64,000 nucleotides of DNA from Eledone cirrhosa. Lineage: Eukaryota. The stretch is from assembly GCA_964016885.1 (NCBI GenBank), contig OZ024757.1, positions 38,936,001-39,000,000 of the forward strand, read 5' to 3'. Below are positions 50,889-64,000 of the stretch, piece after piece. Both the position numbers and the translations under genes were made by a program. How positions within the stretch are numbered: position 1 is the stretch's first letter; the number at the start of each line of letters is the position of its first letter. The notes under the pieces are model-generated. The model was not told the DNA's origin. It saw only the letters and a program-made list of their open reading frames with translations, and did not search any database.

Positions 50889-52615
50889 TAACATTATTCT
50901 AGAAATTAATTTAATTTAAATGTTAGTTAACCTATAAATTTAATTTAATTAATATTTTATTACAGATGAGAAAATATTATGTAATCATAAATTGTGAAAA
51001 ACCTTTAAATATTACTAATATATACTTAGTAATTTAATTTATAGATTAATTTTAATTTATTTAAACCTTTTATTATAATTCTTTTACAGATAAAATATAA
51101 CAAAATAATATCATGTATCCAATGACGGAGAAAGAATTTTTAGTATTATAGACCTAATTAATATACATTTTGGAAATATATTTATTATTTGGTTTTAGTT
51201 TTAATCAACCTAAAACTTTAATTTTAATTTGCTTAAAATTGGAATCCTTATACAGACGAATTGCAGAATGTCATGTAATCATAGAATGGGATGTGTTTTG
51301 GATATATACCTAGTTAATATATTCTGTGCAATTTTTTGAAAAAGATATGTATATGTATATGTATATGTATATGTGTGTGTTGTGTATGTGTATCTGTATG
51401 TATGTATATGTGTGTATATATGTATATATGTATATATATATATGTGTATATATATATGTGTGTATATGTATGTATATGTGTATGTGTATGTATATGTATA
51501 TGTATGCGTATTAATTTTGATTTCTATTTGCATATAATTATATTATGCTATTGATGAAATACAATATCTGCTTTATGTATTGTATACCTAATTAACATAT
51601 ACTAATTAACGTATACTATTGAAATAAATATATAATTTTTAATTTAGTTAACATATAATTTATATGCTACTACCGATGTAATACTTTATTTTATTTTTAT
51701 TTGGGTTTCTTTTCCCTATTACTAAATTCATCTCCTAATATTGATACCATAACGTTATTAACTTTAATTTAGTTATAATGTAATTAATAATCTACTACTG
51801 TTTGACTTCAAAATTCTGCTTCAAATATTATAAACCTAACTAATTTACACCTTAGAAATCAATATGTTGACTATCTTTGGTTTAGTTAACATATGATTAA
51901 TGGTATACTTATTTATTTTGAGATGCATAGATTTCGTATTTCCTAGCACTGAAAATATGTAAGAACATACATTGAATTAAGATACGGAAAATATTATATG
52001 TTTCTTGAAACATATATTTACTTTGATCCCCTTCTCCAAACCCCCCCTTTCCCCCATACTATTATCATCTGTATTTGTAAGCGTCTATGTATGAATATAT
52101 ATGTAGGTAGGTGTTTATATAGGTTTGGGTATTTATATCTAAATATAAAAATACATATATGAGCATGCAAATATGAATGTAAGATTGTGTGTGTATATAT
52201 GATTGTACATACATATGTATGTATATATATGTATATATATGTATTATATATGTATGTGTATGTGAATGTGTTGTATGTATATGTGTATGTATGTGTATAT
52301 ATGTGTATGTATGTGTATGCTTGTATATATAGGAATATATATATGTGTATATATGTATGTATATGTATATGCGTGTATGTATGTATGTGTATGTGTGTTG
52401 TGTATATATATGTATGTCTCTCTATTTATATGTTTATCTTCGTATCTATGTGATATATGTGTGTGTGTGTGCACGTATGCATATGTATGTGTTTGTGTGT
52501 GTTTGTATGTGTGTGTGTATATATGTGTATGTGCGCACACTCACATACACATATATATATATATATATATGTGAGTGTGTATGTGTGTCTGTGTGTGTGT
52601 GTGTGTGTGTATGTG

Positions 52616-52653
<38 letters not shown>

Positions 52654-52960
52654 GATATATATATATATATATATATAGGTGTCTATGTGTGAATATATGT
52701 CTTTATTCGTATGTGTGTATTTATGTATGTATATATTTATGTGTATGTATGTATGTGTATGTATGTATGTATATATATATATATATATATATGTATATGT
52801 ATATATATATATGTATATTATTCTTTATTATTATTGTAATATAACTTATGTGTATATGTGTATAAGTGAGGTTGTGTATGTATATATAATATGTGTATAT
52901 ATAAGAGTAATGAAATATATATATATATATATATGTGCATGTCTGTTTTTTATGTGTGTG

Positions 52961-52995
<35 letters not shown>

Positions 52996-53114
52996 GTATA
53001 CGTGTGTGTATATAGATATATATATATATATACATGTGGGTGTTTGTATGTGTATTTATGGTGGTATGAGTGTGTGGATATATATGTTTATATATATATA
53101 TATATATGAGTCTA

Positions 53115-53173
<59 letters not shown>

Positions 53174-53493
53174 ATATATATGTGTGTGTATGTATATATA
53201 TATGTGTATGTATGTGTGTATATATATATATCTCTATTAATGCGTGTGTGTATGTATATACATATGCCTTTTTATTATTATTTTCATTTGTATGTCTGAG
53301 TTTGGTGAGGTTGTATTGTTTTTTATGTATATACACATATATGGAAGCGTATGTATTTATTTATATGAGTATGAGTAGGTGCATATGTATGTATGATTAT
53401 ATATCTAATTCTATGTATGAAGGTACATCTATATATATATATATATACGTGTGTATGTAAGTTGTGTGTGTATGTATCTTTATGTCTATGTGA

Positions 53494-53541
<48 letters not shown>

Positions 53542-53630
53542 CGATGTGCGTATATGTATGTACATGTATGTACATGTATGTGTGTATGTATGTGTATGTA
53601 TATTTAGATGTATGTGTATGTATATGTATA

Positions 53631-53679
<49 letters not shown>

Positions 53680-54501
53680 ATATATATATATATATGGATA
53701 TATATCTTTATTATCTATTTTTTTTATATATATGTGTATGTGTGTATGTGTTGCGCGTGTGTGTGTGTATATATATATCTTTTTATATGTGTATGTGTAT
53801 GTTCGTGTAAGTGTATGTGTGTGTATGACTGTATATGTATGTGTGTATGTGTGTATGCGTAAATATCTCTATGTGCGCGTACATGTATGTATGTGTATAT
53901 ATATCTGTATGTGTATGTACATTATATTATATTTATTATATTTTATTGTTTTTATTTTTTTATTTTTCTTAATTTATAGATACATTTATATTAGGCAGTC
54001 TGCTCAGACAATTGAATACTGACCCCTCCCCCCCTCCCACCTAATTTCTGTATCTTGATCTTGAAATGTGTGTGCCAGTGTTTTATGTGAGTGACTTAAT
54101 TTCTATGTGCTTATGATTTTATATCCACATATATAAATGTGAGTGGGGGAGTGTGTGTGTTTGTATGTTCGTGGTTATGTGTATATTTATGCATATACGC
54201 GCATGTATGTGTGATTATACTGATATGTGTGAGTATGAAAAAATATATTTATATGCTTGACTCCATAAGTATCAATGCGCATCTTATCAGCGCATTAAGC
54301 TTACAGAGATATTAACCTTGAAATTTTGTGTTTGCATCCATCTTTTTAGTATGCGCATACAAATTATACACACATTATTGTAAAATATGTGTAAGGATTT
54401 TACATGTATATACACACACCGAACTGCTTTTAACCCTTTGTGTTTTCATTGGTCAATTTTGAACTGATATTTTGAATTGTTGTTATTATCAATAAATATA
54501 C

Positions 54502-54656
54502 TTCATTATTTCTGAAGACGGCGTATATATGTGTTAGGTATGTATATTTAATCTTGATAATTTGTATAATTTTGTATAATTTTGTACATAGATCTGTTGA
54601 ATATGCATACCAATTATAACACATATATACCCTAGAAACGATCGTTAAATAATGAA
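54502..54656 (+). ncRNA. Type I hammerhead ribozyme with extended stem II
   Basis: Stem I TTCATTATTT/AAATAATGAA (10 bp); CTGAAGA; stem II helices GTATATATGTGTTA/TAACACATATATAC and GGTATGTATATTT/GAATATGCATACC; GAAA; palindromic ACGATCGT; GTT triplet. Confidence 0.8.
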
Positions 54657-54844
54657 CTTTTTTTGTTTAATATAAGGAATTGTTTATTCATTATTTGTTT
54701 AATATTTTATCTTGACTCTGTATACCGTTTATCTTTCACCGAAAGTGGATTTTCATTACATCTCTTCTTTCCATGATATCCGGAATACATTGAGTTCTTC
54801 ATACGGATTGGACACTACCGTAAACTCTTGGTAGATTTATCTAC

Positions 54845-55126
54845 ATATATGTATAAATATATATATATGTATAAATATATATATATGTATAAATATATAT
54901 ATATGTATAAATATATATATATGTATAAATATATATATATGTATAAATATATATATACATATATATGTATATATATATATGTATAAATATATATGTATAA
55001 ATATATATATATATATATATGTATAAATATATATATATGTATAAATATATATATATATATATATGTATAAATATATATATATATATATATATGTATAAAT
55101 ATATATATATATATATATATGTATAA

Positions 55127-55166
<40 letters not shown>

Positions 55167-55381
55167 GTATGTATATATATATGTATGTATGTATATATAT
55201 ATGTATGTATATATATATGTATGTATATATATATATATATGTATGTATATATATATATATATGTATGTATATATATATATATATATGTATGTATATATAT
55301 ATATGTATGTATATATATATATATATGTATGTATATATATATATGTATGTATATATATATATGTATGTATATATATATATG

Positions 55382-55413
<32 letters not shown>

Positions 55414-55507
55414 TATATGTATGTATATATATATATATGTATGTATATATATATGTATGTATGTATATATATATATATGTATGTATGTATATATATATGT
55501 ATGTATG

Positions 55508-55570
<63 letters not shown>
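54845..55570. repeat. (TA)n/(TATG)n microsatellite
   Basis: Directly visible. Confidence 0.95.
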
Positions 55571-55571
<1 letters not shown>

Positions 55572-56269
55572 GTTGAAAATTCCAAACTTGACTGTCACCA
55601 CACAATATGAACCTTAAGATTGCGAAAGCATGAAAGTACTTGTTCAATTAACACTTAACATTTAATATTCTACCATACATTTTCATTCTAATACCATTAT
55701 ACATTTTAAAGGATTGTAAATAAAACGAGTAAATCAGACAAAGTTGGAATTCCTTTTATTAATAAAATCTTCTATACACAATCATACACACCCGTGTATA
55801 TTTATCTATCTATCTATATATATATATAAATGAAAATATAGAAATTATACAATATAAGAACACTTCGAAATTTCACAGAAAACAGTTTAAGACTCGTATT
55901 CTTCACTGCACATGAATGAAAAATTGTACCACGGTGCAAATATATTCAGCGGCAGATCTCAACAATAAAATATCCATTAAACGACGACGTAGTTGTATCT
56001 GCAAGCTTTGCCATATGCTATCTGAAAATGCATTATCAAAAGACAGCCCTACACATACACACACACAGGCACACATGAATACACGGGCACACAGGCACAC
56101 ACGCAGGCATACCCACGCACCACACCACACCACACCACACACTAACACACGCGAACTCTCTCGCTATATATATATATAGAGAGAGATATAGATAGACACT
56201 TAGGGAAATGACTTCTACAATACTAGAATTGCCACCATACGAATCGACAGTTCTATTAATGTAAAATAG

Positions 56270-57410
<1,141 letters not shown>

Positions 57411-57616
57411 GAATTATTCTGAATTATTTTTCACCGTCGGTCAGTCAATGGCAACATTGAGGACCGAGTAATTAGATCGCAGATATAAAAGACAGCGAGA
57501 AGCGAAAACCAACCAAACAGTGAGTGTGTTCTGTTATTAATTCTGGCAATATTACGCAACTATGACCCTCCCCAAGTATAACAATATATATGTATATATG
57601 TATATATATATGTATG

Positions 57617-57662
<46 letters not shown>

Positions 57663-57749
57663 ATAATGGTGGCTATACTCTACCATGAATTGTGTATTTT
57701 TTGTAAATGTAGTTACCCCCAAACACATCTCGGGAATCTATACACACAC

Positions 57750-57998
57750 AATGCCAGCATCAACAGTTTTCCAAGAGTTAGCAAAATGTATGGACCTGCG
57801 ATGTTTCTCTTAATAAAATTGTCCAATTCCTCCCCGCCCGTCCCTTCAATCTTTCTAATTTCTCATTCTTTCTTTTTGACGACGGACTAGCGTCCGAAAC
57901 GCTAAGAATCTCTCGCTGCTATTTCAAGCGTTACACTTATATATTACTTCCATATACTGTATCGTTTGTGTTGTTCTCCCTGTTTACCTTTTACATAC
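57750..57998 (+). mobile_element. pLTR-like repeat with HHR variant (57871-57908)
   Basis: TTGACGA-C-GGAC-TAGC-GTCC-GAAACGCT-AAGAA; inverted homologue at 58172-58418. Confidence 0.7.
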
Positions 57999-57999
57999 G

Positions 58000-58048
<49 letters not shown>

Positions 58049-58079
58049 TATTTCCACAAGAGTTATAATCTCATTTATA

Positions 58080-58121
58080 CCGAGCTGATGGTCCGTCTAA
58101 GGTCAAACAAATTGTCCTCGG
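58080..58121 (+). ncRNA. HHR fold with two core changes (A9G, G12C)
   Basis: CCGAG-CTGATGG-TCC-GTCTAA-GGT-CAAA-CAAATTG-TC-CTCGG. Confidence 0.6.
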
Positions 58122-58171
58122 ATATGGCGAATTAACTGTTGTGAAACTATTTCAACCAAACTCATCCCATG

Positions 58172-58416
58172 GATGTAAAAGGTAAACAGAAATAACAACA
58201 CAATCGGTACAGTATACGGAAGGGATATATTAGGTTAACACTTGATATAGCAGGAAGAGAGTTTTAACGTTTCGGGCGCTAGTCCTTCATCAGAAGAAAG
58301 AATGAGAAATAAGATAGACTGAAGGGACGGGCAGATTTGAATTGGAAAAAATGTCTTTAGATAAAAATAACACATCCATTCATGTTGACATCTCTTGCAA
58401 ACTGTTGGAGCTGGCG

Positions 58417-58418
<2 letters not shown>
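58172..58418 (-). mobile_element. pLTR-like repeat with minimal HHR (58262-58298)
   Basis: Minus strand TTCTT-CTGATGA-A-GGAC-TAGC-GCCC-GAAACGTT-AAAA. Confidence 0.75.
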
Positions 58419-58448
<30 letters not shown>

Positions 58449-58452
<4 letters not shown>

Positions 58453-58570
58453 AATGGTGTGGTGAAAACTAGCTAGATCATAACCCACCAGCGTACTCGA
58501 TATTTGGGGTATAACAGTGGGTAATACGAAAGGATTCAGGAACTCGACGGCCCGAGCTCAGTTGTCGAGG
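58449..58570 (-). repeat. Diverged family C cassette
   Basis: GGTGTGGT..CATAACCCACCAGCGTACTCGATA..CGACGGCCCGAGCTCAG. Confidence 0.7.
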
Positions 58571-60521
58571 TCGTGAATCTGTTTATATATATATATATAT
58601 ATGTATATATATTCTGTATTGTGTGTGTTTTCAAATAATGTCAGTCTTATTATAAGCTACAGTACCTTTTACCCTTATTTATGTAGTTTATGCACTCGTG
58701 ATTTTTTCAGTGCTGAATATTATATTATAAGTTAAAATCAAGTATTTTCATGTCTTGGATAGACTTCACAAGTATCCTTATTTTAACCATTTTGTAAAAT
58801 TGTAAAATTTAAATATTAGCCTTAAGCAATAATTATCCACTCTAAAACGCTGTTGCTTCATTAAGAACAATCTAGAAAATCTGAAGCTGAAAGTAATTGG
58901 TGAACGTCAAATAATCATTGAGGAATATATACAAACTATACAATACAAAAACATTTCACTGAGTAACTATTCCTGATTGGTTAAAATGAAAATAAAAATA
59001 ATAATATATATATAAGGTAAAGCAAACAAGGAAATTATGGAAAGTAAAGATAATATAAAATAACACAATGTGATGGTAAAAATAATTGTAGAATTCAATA
59101 TAGAAGAAATACCTAACGGCCATTTTAATTCTTTTCCCTATTATTAAAGAAGCATTTGTGTGTGTATTATATCATCGTAATGATAAATTTACATTTAAAT
59201 AATAATAACAACAAAAATATCCAAATTAAAAAAGGGGAAAAACACAAACAGAAACGAAGAAAGTCAGTTATATTGCTAGGAAATTATATGATAACGAAAA
59301 CCTAAATAATATTAATAATAATATTATTATTATTATTTCTATTTGGTATTGGTAGGATAAGAATTGCTGTTACTATTATTATAAATATAACAAGAAAAAC
59401 CAACCAGAAATAATAATAATAATAATAATAATATTCTATATAGAAAATTATTAATAGTAATAATTTGTATCAAGCCCTACAGCAAATATATAATAGAAAT
59501 AAATGCTAGTTTTACAAAAGTGATTCAAAAATAGATTATTTTATTGAGGAAGATAATTATAATGATTTTTATTACGCCAGTAACACCGGCAAAACTCATA
59601 ACAACAACAATGATAACAATAATGACAATACTAACCATATTATAATCTTTATTTGACACCAACAGCCCATTCTCATATATACATATAGACACAATTGCTA
59701 GAAATGAATGACGATGGACAAAACGAAGTCATACATAAACGAAACAAGGTTTTCACTTGATATAAAATAAATGAATAGACTTGTTAGAAATGTCATGTAA
59801 ATTAAACAGAATGATATAATAAAAACTACCATAGAGATATTTAGAAGAGGATGATGAAACAGAGATAAAATAGTGAATTAGAAGATAGTACTGCGTAGAG
59901 ACAGGTCTGAGTAAGATCTTAGAAATACAGTAATAGTTAAGAATATACAAGCCATTCCGTTTATAAACAGCAGAATCAGAGTAAGAAAGTAAAATCTGTA
60001 ACAATGCCATAATATCAAAGAGATTAAGTATGTGTGTATGTGTGTGACGTCTGAACGATCATCTTCCGCCCCCAACTAACTTACCCTCCGCCTCTTAGTC
60101 ACGGCATACGAGATGAAGGAGAATACAAACAAGAATCTAAATGAAGATAGAAGACATTACACACTTCGTGAAAGTAAAATGAGCTTTCGAAAGTGACCAA
60201 CCTAAAGTTAATTGATTCAGTTAGTATATACTATATATCTACACCACTTACACCGAATAATAGACTTGAGACAATTATGAAACTACATGTTAAACGTAGA
60301 GGAACTCGAAAATAGAGGCAAATATAGAAAAATACTATATATATATATATATATATATATTTATTAAAATAACAGATTAAAGTTTAAGCAAAGAATCGCT
60401 GCTTTCACCCTTAACGGGATCTTCTGAAACTAACAAAGTCAATCTGTAAACGCAGAAGTGAATATTACAAAAAACGTTGCAACCGGAGGAAGACAGGAAA
60501 ACGATACTTTGGTTCGTGGAA

Positions 60522-60732
60522 ACGTTCCCTGGCAAAGAACGGGAAAAAACGAATATAATACGTCATTAATTGGAGCGGTGAAAAACAATTACGCGCAAAG
60601 ACAAAACCACGTTTATGGTATAAAAGAAGTCGTAGACTAATGTTCTCTTAGGTGGTTCATACAGACGTTCTCTGGCAATGAACGGGAAAAACGAAGATAA
60701 TACGTCATATGTGGAGCGTGGAGAACAATTAT
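60522..60732. repeat. Diverged ~70-bp direct repeat, period about 144
   Basis: ACGTTCYCTGGCAAWGAACGGGAAAAA..ATAATACGTCAT..TGGAGCG x2. Confidence 0.85.
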
Positions 60733-60868
60733 CGAGCCCTCTTTGGATTTTAGTCTTCAAATTTATTATTATTACTATATATATATAGGCTTAACAACAG
60801 GATCTAAGCCGGCAAGCGAAGTATATCGATGTAAAAGGACATAGGAAAATCTACTTCGTAGAATCAAG

Positions 60869-61089
60869 ACGTAACTGAGGACATTGCGATTTTCAGAGTC
60901 AGGTTCGATCATCACATCGATCGTGCCTCGTCCTGGTCACTAGAGAAACGATTGTAATATGTCCAATAAATTCCATTCGTCGCAACACTGATTCTCCTTT
61001 TTACTGTGATATCATACACTGCTCTATGAGAGCATCGAGTATTCATACGGCCTACCGAATACGGACGCTTTAAGCATCCAACACCAATT
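60869..61089 (+). mobile_element. Family D cassette with degenerate HHR (60869-60963)
   Basis: CTGAGGA...GAAACGATTGTA; stem I GACGTA/TATGTC; terminal CATCGAGTATTCATACGG at 61033. Confidence 0.55.
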
Positions 61090-61877
61090 ATATATATATA
61101 TATATGTATAGCCTTAGCGAAACCATTAGAAACAGTCAAAACAAATCAACACCAGAATTCATAATATATTAAGGAGAAACTGGGGAGGGGGAACCAGTGA
61201 AGATAAATAGAAACGTTGAGATGAATTTAATAGCCGCTCATCAGAGAAGGTTCCTAAACTTTGGTGAATATTACGCAAAATATTTATTAGTTGAGGTAAA
61301 ATGCAATAAAGTACAAAGTTGCCTCAAAGGATTTGAGTCAAAAATAGAAATATATGATGATGTCTAGATTTAGAAACGAAAGATCAATGTCATGGCTTCA
61401 ATAGTTTTAACAAATATACAATAATATAAAGAAAACAAATGATCAGGTGTAAAATTTGAAACCTTTATAAGACAGTTGACCGTATCTTGTTCGGCTGTAT
61501 TGTTCGTCACAAGTTTGATCACATCGACAGACAATTGAGCCAGCAATGATGTCCATTGGGGATTATCTTGATTATGTGACGTGAAAACAAATGTTGAGTT
61601 GGATAAACATTTAACGATGAAGCTGAATGATGGCTACCAATCGCAATCTTCAGGGAAAAGCTTGACCTAACTGACAAGCGTATCAAAGGAATCCTTCCAA
61701 ACATAATTATCAAGGAATCAAACAAAAACACCATGTCTTATATATATATATATATATATATTATATAGTGAAAAAAATTGTGGACGACAGAAAACTTACT
61801 ATACACATCACGTTGTCTACGGGATAAAATAATTTTAAAAAAAGCAGTTTATACATATATATATATTTATATATATA

Positions 61878-61928
<51 letters not shown>

Positions 61929-62078
61929 GATGACTTTATAACATGTACAAACTGTTGGTGTTTATTATAGCTTGCTTTCTCAGTTTTTAGATGTGAAAAT
62001 ATATCTTTTTAAGTCTAATTGTCCTTTCGTTCAGGCTCCTAAATTCTGTTCTACGATTGCATGGTTTGGATGTGTGTG

Positions 62079-62120
<42 letters not shown>

Positions 62121-62122
62121 TA

Positions 62123-62306
62123 TAAACAAAGATGGTGTGGTAAGTTACCAGGTGGACCATAACGCACCAGAGTACTCGATACTTGGGGTAACCGAGTGGG
62201 TCTTTGGAAAAATGTGAGGAACCCGACAGCTGAGCTCCGACCGTTTCGACTGCTAGATCCGCTGTCGAAATGGCATGAGCTCAACCTACTGGGTCCTGTC
62301 TGTTTT

Positions 62307-62308
<2 letters not shown>
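62123..62308 (-). mobile_element. Family C cassette with inverted partial copy
   Basis: GAGCTCCGACCGTTTCGAC..GTCGAAATGGCATGAGCTC symmetry centred at about 62257. Confidence 0.8.
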
Positions 62309-62341
<33 letters not shown>

Positions 62342-62654
62342 TAACCCCTGCCTGACCGATGTATTACCGGAGATCAAGTTTAAATGACTTTCATCAATAT
62401 AGATGCTGAAATTTAAATTAACACTATCGTGGGCCGGGAAAGTGATCATGATATCTGTATGTTTAGAACTGGATCTTGAAAATATAATACGAAGGAAAAC
62501 ATATCAGGGTTCGTGTTTAATATAGTTCAAATGATAGCACTGTTGGACACCACAGTCTGTTTAAAACACATGATATGCAACAGCATAAGGTTAAACAATT
62601 CACTGTATGTACGCAATATATATTCTATATGCATGCATAGTTCCATAACTCCTG

Positions 62655-62838
62655 ATGGAGTCAGTATCAGTAGAGCGTCACACACCATGCTTTGCAGCAT
62701 AAAAGTATGGTCCTTTGTGTTCTGAGTTCAAATCCTGCTCAGGTTAACTTTACCTTTCATCCTTACAGGGTCGATAGAATAAAGCACCAGTAATGCACTG
62801 GGATAATTGCTGGGCTTGTGCCAAAAATAGAAACAATT
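62655..62838 (+). mobile_element. SINE family A
   Basis: Family A body. Confidence 0.85.
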
Positions 62839-62979
62839 GTTATATGACATTTCTAGGGTACTTTTAATCCTGTTAATACGCATCTCCTCTCTAGGTCTGA
62901 ATAGAGTAGATTTCTTCTAGAGAATGATAGATAGGAAGAGAGAAAGGAAGTGAGGTTGAGATATACAGGATGAAAAACA

Positions 62980-63080
62980 AAGTTGACATCGGCGGAATTT
63001 GAACTGAGTGTAAAGGTCCATAACTATATGCTATAAAGAATATTCTCCGATGATCTACCGATACTGTCAATCCATCGGCC
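62980..63080 (-). mobile_element. SINE family A, partial
   Basis: AAAGTTGACATCGGCGGAATTTGAACTGAG..CTACCGATACTGTCAATCCATCG. Confidence 0.7.
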
Positions 63081-63559
63081 ATATAATGTAATAATAATAT
63101 TAATAATAATATTTATAGGAATAATAGATTAATATGTATAACACAGCTATATAGAAACGTTAAGGTAACAATCAACACGCTAGCTCGCTCATTAATAATT
63201 TATAGTTAAGCTAGTGTTACCTGGATCCTTTGTGAATAGTTAGCAAGCCTATACATAAATATATGGAAAACAATGTTTCTTTTTCAATGCATCTCCCTGA
63301 ATTTGAAAGAGATCGGATGAGATATGATATCCACCACAAAAGCAGTTATTTAGACACGGATGTGGTCTGATACAATATGAAAACAATTATATATTATATA
63401 ATATAATATGGGAGTTTTCTAGTAAGAAAAATAATCGCGAGGTAACAAAAACAATATTGACCATTTGAAGAACACATAACAATACAAAATTCCTTTCTCT
63501 ATGTTTTTAAATATGAAAATTATATAATAGAAGAAGACGTGAGAGATAAGAGAAGGAAT

Positions 63560-63950
63560 AATTCTCAGAAAATTCGTACATGACCGACCAAGGACGGACA
63601 TAGAGAGGGTGTCAGTAATAATTGCAAAGAAAGGAATTTTTCATATGAGTCTAAGATCACAGCAGAAACTAGCTTTAATAGAACAAGTAACGGAGCAGAA
63701 TATATATATGATACGCAACTGTAGAATAAGTGGGGATTGAGATGAAATATCGATAACTTTCACTGTTTTTCTCTGACAGGGCTTAAGATAAGAATTCTTA
63801 TAGAAGATTTCACACATCGGATATAATGGTAGCATTATGGAATATAAATGGAATAATGGGTGGCATTAATATACATCAGGAAAGATCTGTGAGGCTGACA
63901 AGGCCACAATATTCTTGGATATGGTAATCCACAAAATACATGGGATAAAA
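63560..63950 (+). pseudogene. Possible decayed LINE APE endonuclease remnant
   Basis: Colinear RHDR..EGV, ILIEDFTH (cf. GDFNH), IFLDMV (cf. LDLV) with frameshifts. Confidence 0.35.
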
Positions 63951-64000
63951 ACATTAAAAACAAAAGCATATAATATTTTTTATGATATATATGGGAACAG

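Larger units (their letters stand above)
49476..54843 (+). mobile_element. Inferred full extent of the Penelope-like insertion, including a ~4-kb 3' region and terminal HHR
   Basis: Bounded by (TA)-type tracts; same-strand HHR at 54502-54656 and terminal motif at 54788; continuity is inferred. Confidence 0.55.

Noticed and set aside
61140-61740. Possible decayed coding sequence
   Set aside because: No identifiable motifs in the frames examined

Overview
AT-rich eukaryotic intronic or intergenic DNA, most likely cephalopod (Octopus-like). That guess is an inference from the SINE sequences and the extreme (TA)n/(TATG)n/(CT)n density. Roughly half of the window is microsatellite, and nearly all long ORFs in the track are microsatellite artefacts. 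No host protein-coding exon could be supported. Real coding remnants are all retrotransposons: an uninterrupted 5'-truncated Penelope-like element (RT C-terminus plus GIY-YIG, 49476-50888), a frameshifted CR1/L2-group LINE (12657-13998), RTE fragments, and decayed CRE-like, Penelope and APE remnants. There are about 12 tRNA-type SINE copies and a 200-N gap. The most interesting signal is non-coding. More than a dozen intact or degenerate type I hammerhead ribozyme (HHR) motifs sit in short, sequence-diverse Penelope-pLTR/retrozyme-like cassettes lodged in (TA)n tracts. Many of these share a 3' motif (YATTGAGTAC) about 50-60 nt from their end, and several form fold-back palindromes centred on or enclosing the ribozyme. 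A candidate recursive splice site (polyY-CAG|GTAAGT) lies at 42571-42605. All folds were paired by eye; no computation was run.
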